Assembly (NCBI GenBank): GCA_963822965.1
Contig: CAWGJT010000005.1
Span: 32,001-96,000, forward strand
Source: an uncultured delta proteobacterium
GTDB lineage: Bacteria; Myxococcota_A; UBA9160; UBA4427
DNA length: 64,000 bases
Direction: 5' to 3'
The notes below the pieces were generated by a model, which had not been told where the DNA came from, made no database searches, and was given only the letters and a program-made list of their open reading frames with translations. The position numbers and the translations under genes are program-made. Shown here piece after piece: positions 59,094 to 64,000 of the stretch; the first letter of the stretch is position 1; the number at the start of each line of letters is the position of its first letter.

Positions 59094-59953
59094 GATCCGC
59101 TCGCGACCCGCTCCGGCTCCGCGGCCGCGCCGAGCGGCGGCAGGACGACCCGATAGCGCGAGCGAAGCTCCCGGGACAGGCGCAGGCGCGCCGCCTCGCG
59201 CTGCTCGGCCGACCACTCGCGCTCCACGTCGGCGCGCACCTCCGCGAGCGCCGGGAGCCGACCGGGCTCCCGTGCGGTGACCCGGACGAGGTGGAGCCCG
59301 AAGGTCGAGGCGACGGGCCCGCTCCACGCGCCCACGGGCAGGGACGCCAGCCGCTCGGCCAGGGCGGGGCCGAAGGTGGCGGCCACGTCGCGGGGTATGG
59401 CGTTCGAGAGGGATCGTGGAAGCAGGGTGGGATCGCCCGCTGCGGCCGGAACCGGGCCGGGATCCGCACGCAGCCGCACCAGCAGGGCGTCGGCCCGCCC
59501 CGGCGCGGCAGCGCCGTGCCGTTCGGGGCTCACCAGCACCTGCTCGAAGCTCACCCGTTCGGGCAGCGCGAAGCGTTCCGGGTGACGTTCCAGGAACGCG
59601 CGCAGCTCCTCGTCGCCGGGTGCGCGGTCGCTGAGGTCGTCGTTCAGGAACTCCAGCTTCTGGCGCATTCGCCGCCGCACGACCACGTCGTCGCGGTCCA
59701 GTCCCAGCGCCAGGGCCTCGCGGTAGAAGACCTCGTCGGTCACGAAGTCGTCGACCAGGCCCTGCAGCTCGCTGGGCGTCGGCCTCCGCATCCAGGTGCG
59801 CTCGAAGGCTCCCGCCAGGCTCGCCACGCGCTCCTCGCTCACGACGATGCGATCCGGGCCCTGCCGGTCGCCCGCGAAGAGCGCGTGCAGCGCGAAGAGC
59901 ACCGTGCCGGCGACGAAGAAGTGGAGAAGCGGCTCGCGCAGGAAGGCCTTCAC
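59090..59953 (-). CDS. Parvulin-like peptidyl-prolyl isomerase (Rotamase_2 type)
   Basis: LREPLLHFF, EVFYREALALGLDRDDVVVRRRMRQKLEFL and WSGPVASTFGLHLV. Confidence 0.88.
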   Translation of the reverse strand: MKAFLREPLLHFFVAGTVLFALHALFAGDRQGPDRIVVSEERVASLAGAFERTWMRRPTPSELQGLVDDFVTDEVFYREALALGLDRDDVVVRRRMRQKLEFLNDDLSDRAPGDEELRAFLERHPERFALPERVSFEQVLVSPERHGAAAPGRADALLVRLRADPGPVPAAAGDPTLLPRSLSNAIPRDVAATFGPALAERLASLPVGAWSGPVASTFGLHLVRVTAREPGRLPALAEVRADVEREWSAEQREAARLRLSRELRSRYRVVLPPLGAAAEPERVASGS

Positions 59954-60149
59954 GCCGCCGTCCTCCGGCCGCGCGCACGGATCGACGGCAACGCTCGACA
60001 AGGATGAGGTCTCGCAGCTTCGCAACCCTCGCGGCCCTCGGAGTGGCTTCGCAGTGCAGTATAGGAGCTCGCCGCAGCGGGCCGGCCCTCCCCTGTCCAG
60101 GCGCCCGAATTGCCGGCGCCGGCGCACGTCCCTACGCTCCCGACCTGCC

Positions 60150-60567
60150 GGAGGTGGACGGAGGATCGCCGGCGGACACCAACCGTCCGCGGGAGGAAAG
60201 TCCGGGCTCCACAGGGTACGGAAGTCGGTAACGCCGACCCGGGGCAACCCGAGGGAAAGCGCAACAGAAATGACACCGCCGATGGCGGACCGGTCACGGC
60301 CGGCCCGCACAGGCAAGGGTGAAATCGTGGGGTAAGAGCCCACGCGCGACAGCCGGGCGACCGGCGGCGAGGCAAGCCCTTCCGGGAGCAAGCTCGAATA
60401 GGGGCGCTGTTCGAGGGTGACCCGCCCGAAGCGCTGCTCTCCGGAGCAGCGCCAGTGCCCGGGTGAGAGTGCTCGAGCGGCGCGGCAACGCGTCGCCTAG
60501 ATGAATGATCCTCGCCGGCGAGGGGGCAACCGCTCGCCGGAACAGGACCCGGCTTACAGTCCACTTC
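60150..60567 (+). ncRNA. rnpB: RNase P RNA, bacterial type A
   Basis: GAGGAAAGTCCGGGCTCC, GAAAGCGCAACAGAAA, GGGTGAAA, GGTAAGAGC, GAGCAAG, CCTAGATGAATGAT and ACAGGACCCGGCTTA; P1 GAGGTGGAC pairs with GTCCACTTC. Confidence 0.97.
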
Positions 60568-60739
60568 GCGGCGTGCACCCGCACGCCGCGAACCCCCGGG
60601 AAGAAGCGCAAGCCACGCCCGGGGCGCTCCGACGAAGACGCAACGGCGACCGGGAGCTCGCGATGCGCGGGCTCCCGGCCCGCCGGCGCGGGCCGTCGCC
60701 TCCGCTGCATTCCCGATTGGGGTCGCGCGGGGCCCGAGG

Positions 60740-61845
60740 TCACGCGCCGGGCGGGGTGGCCGCGCCCGGATGCAGATCGCGACGCAGGCAGCGGACCCGG
60801 GCCCGCCGGTCGGGCGGATAGCCCCGCCACTTCTCGGCCGGGATGTCGTCGGCCCCGACGACGCGGAAGCCCTGGCGCTCGAAGAAGACCTGGACGCGCT
60901 CCGACGTGGTGCACGCGAACACGTAGGCGAAGCCCATGCTCGGCGGCGCATTCGAGCGCGAAGCTCACGAGGTGTCCGCCGACCCCTTCGCCGACGAAGC
61001 GGGTGAGGGTGTAGAGCGAGCCGATCTCGCCGCACGACGATCCGGGTGCGGCAGCAGCGCGCCGACGCCCGGCCAGGTAACGCCCCTCGACGAAGACGCC
61101 GAACGCGTTCGCCAGGATCTCCTCCAGCTGCTCCGGGCTCCGCTCGACCAGGTAGCCCTCTTCGACGCCTCGCCCGATCAGCCGGTCGGCGGCGTCGAAC
61201 TCGTCCAGGGAGAGGCGCCGCACGTCCAGGTAGCGCTCGCGCGCAAAGAAGGTCCCCGAGCCTTCGAAGGTGAAGAGATCCGCGTCGAGCCCCCCGAGGC
61301 TGCAGAGGTTCACGGCCGGCAGCCCCGCCCCCAGCATGGTGCGGATCTCCTCGAGCAGCGCCCGGCGATCCGGCGGCACGTCTCCGCCGAGCGCCGCGGC
61401 GATGCCCGCGCCGTCGAGCAGGGAGATCCGCTCGCCCCGGGCGTCGCGCAGGGGGCCCGCGGGATCGATCCAGACGAGCTTCGCCAGGCGCAGGCGCAGC
61501 ACCACCCGGCGGCAGGCCGAGGCCAGGACCTCGTCGGGGCCGACGGCGATGCCCACCCGCACGTCGTTGCGGATGGCCCGCCACAGGCGTCCGATCCAGC
61601 GCGGATCCCGGGCGTCGAGCACGCGATCGCCCGCGATCTTCTCGAGCAGCGAGCGATCCGCGGAGAGGACGAGAACGCGCGTCCGGTTCGCCTCCAGCTC
61701 GGAGAGCACCGACTCGAGCAGCGGGACCTCCTCGGGCTCGGCCGAGGGCAAGGCGAAGGCGAGGGTCCGCCCGCGGAACTCCGCCAGGTAGAAGTCGCGC
61801 TCGGAGAAGCCGTCCGCCGTCGGGGAAGGAGCTCGCCGCCACCAT
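60740..61845 (-). CDS. ArgA-like amino-acid N-acetyltransferase (reduced AAK-like domain plus GNAT; frameshifts)
   Basis: YLAEFRGRTLAF, DLFTFEGSGTF, EEGYLVERS, GEIGSLY...GEGVG and FFERQGF...DIPAEKWRGY. Confidence 0.7.
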
Positions 61846-61934
61846 GCGGGCCGCATTCTCGCGCATCCGGGAGCCCTCGGACACGGTCCGAAATCCCTGT
61901 CCCGGGCCCGCATAGCCTGTATCGTGCGGCGCGC

Positions 61935-63713
61935 ATGGATTGGCAGATCGCCTACACGCTGGCCGATCGTGTTGGTGGCCCTGACCGCGATGGTGCGGCA
62001 GATCGCGGCGCCCGACCTGATCCTGATGGCGGCACTGCTCTCCCTGGCGTCTGGCCGGCATCCTCACCCCCCCGAGACCTTCTCGGGCTTCTCCAACCCG
62101 GCGGTCGCCACGATCGGCGCCCTCTTCATGGTCTCGGCGGCGCTCCGGCAGACGGGCGCCCTCGACCTCAGCATCGGGCGCTTCCTGAACGGCGCCCGCG
62201 GCATGACCGCGGGCGCGCATGCGCATCGCGCCTGCCCGTGGCGAGCCTCTCGGCGTTCCTGAACAACGCCCCGATCGTCGCCATGATGACCCCCTCGGTG
62301 ATCGAGTGGGCGCGCCGCAACAACCTCTCTCCGAGCCGCTTCCTGATCCCGCTCAGCTACGCGGCGATCCTCGGGAGCAGCACGACGATCATCGGCACGA
62401 GCGTCAACCTGACGGTCGCGGGCCTGATCATCGACGCCGGCATGAAGCCCATGTCGTTCTTCGAGCTGGCACCGGTGGGCGTGCCGATCTGCCTGCTCGG
62501 CCTCCTCTACCTGGTGTTCGTGGCGCCGCGGCGGCTGCCCGACCGCGTCGATCCGATGGAGGGGCTGGGCAAGCGGCGCCGCGAGTACGTGGCCGCCATG
62601 GAGGTGCAGGCGGACTGCCCCCTGGTCGACCGCTCCGTGGAGGAGGCCGGTCTGCGCCAGCTGCCCGGGCTCTTCCTGGTCGAGATCGACCGCCAGGGCC
62701 GCGTCATCACGCCGGTCGCGCCGGACGAGACGATCCGCGCGGGCGACCGGCTGGTGTTCGCGGGCGTTGTCTCGACCATCATCGAGCTCCAGCGCATCCG
62801 CGGGCTGCTGCCGATCAGCGAGGACACGGGACCCACCACCAGCGACCCGACCCACCGCCTGGCCGAGGCCGTCGTCTCGCGCTCGTCGCCGCTGGTCGGA
62901 CGGAGCATCCGCGACGCGAACTTCCGGACCGTCTACGACGCCGCCGTGATCGCGGTCCACCGCAACGGCGAGCGCGTGCCGGGCAAGATCGGCGAGATCG
63001 TGCTGCGCCCGGGCGACACGCTGCTGCTGCAGTGCGCGCCGGGCTTCCTGCGCGCGCACCGCAACAGCCCCGACTTCTTCCTGGTGAGCGAGCTGCAGGA
63101 CGACACCAAGCCCCGCTACGAACGGGCCGGACTCGCCCTCGGGATCCTGCTGGCCATGGTGATCCTCGTCACCGCCGGGGTGCTTGCCCGATCGCCGTCG
63201 CGGCCTTCGCGGCCGTGGGGCTGATGCTGGCCACGCGCTGCATCACGGGCGCCCCAGGCCCGGCGCAGCGTGGACTGGTCGATCCTGGTGGTGATCGGCG
63301 CCGGCCTCGGGATCGCGGGCGCCATGGAGAAGACCGGCGCCGCGCAGCTCGTGGCCCGCACGCTGGTGGACTCCCTCGGGCACATCGGCCCGCTGGGCGC
63401 CCTCGCCCTCATCTACGGAACCTGCCTGCTGATGGCCGAGCTGCTCCACCACAACGCGGCGGTGGCAATCATGTTCCCGATCGCCGTCGCCACCGCCAAG
63501 CAGGTCGGCGCGGATCCCCGTGGCTTCGTGATGGCGGTGGCTCTCGCCTCGTGCTGCGCGTTCGCTTCGCCCGTCTCCTACCAGACCCACCTGATCGTCT
63601 ACGGCCCGGGCGGCTACCGCTTCACGGACTTCGTTCGGGCCGGCCTGCCGCTGGACATGCTCTGCGGAGCGGTGGCGATCACCACCATCCCCTGGATCTG
63701 GCCGTTCGCGTAG
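61935..63713 (+). CDS. SLC13/CitMHS-family permease with TrkA-C domains (frameshifts)
   Basis: FSGFSNPAV, SAFLNNAPIV, LIPLSYAAILG..TIIGTS, two TrkA-C repeats and FASPVSYQTHLIVYGPGGYRFTDF. Confidence 0.92.
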
Positions 63714-63725
63714 GAGCGGGTCCGC

Positions 63726-63765
63726 CGCTCCGGCCGTCCCGGTCACGCTCCGGCCGTCCCGGTCA
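63726..63765. repeat. 20-bp perfect tandem duplication
   Basis: CGCTCCGGCCGTCCCGGTCA x2, just after the transporter stop. Confidence 0.85.
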
Positions 63766-64000
63766 AGCTGCGCGTGCCTTGACCCGGTCACCCCCATCGA
63801 GGCGCCATCCACGCGGCCTCGGACCTGCCCGCGTCCAGTCTTGACACGACGGCATGGGGCATTCCGCCCCCGGGGAACGTAACCCGGACCGGGAACGAAG
63901 CCACTCATCCAGGAAGCCAGGGCCCGCCCGAGAGGCGAAACCGTGCTCTAGTTCACATTGTCAACTTGACATGGAGCATTTCGTGTTAGAGTGCAGGACG

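Overview
Very GC-rich bacterial chromosomal DNA. The Ffh N-terminus, the MJ0042-type zinc-ribbon protein, the tandem ArsA pair and the dcw layout suggest a Myxococcota/deltaproteobacterial lineage (inference). Many genes, including essential ones (ffh, murC/D/E/F, mraY, ftsI, ftsW), are split by single-base frameshifts, most likely long-read indel errors, so several CDS ends are approximate and reconstructed across frames. In order, the window holds: lipid genes (plsB-like, SDR, GNAT, biotinyl carrier), ffh, an MltD-like transglycosylase and a metallophosphoesterase; a minus-strand run (2-phosphoglycerate kinase-like, AAA+/VWA pair, sppA, trmB, rlmN); an unusual divergent module (MerR regulator, ParA fused to a glycogen-binding CBM48, a P-loop-less MinD-like protein, a catalytically degenerate NucS-like protein, an ECF sigma factor, a degenerate hydrolase); PMM/PGM, tatA, a zinc-ribbon protein, an ArsA/Get3 pair with a PhaR-phasin-like gene, ASCH, GST, an acyltransferase/epimerase pair and an HDAC; a dcw cluster lacking murG and ddl, with MraZ boxes and a structured mraZ-rsmH intergenic RNA; enoyl-CoA hydratase, a 28-aa membrane sORF, ndk, a 147-bp MITE, an HxlR-SCP2/acyl-CoA dehydrogenase operon, DsbD-domain and PPIase genes, rnpB, an ArgA-like acetyltransferase and an SLC13 transporter. 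The best candidate for an undescribed system is the ParA::CBM48 module, a possible glycogen-granule positioning system.
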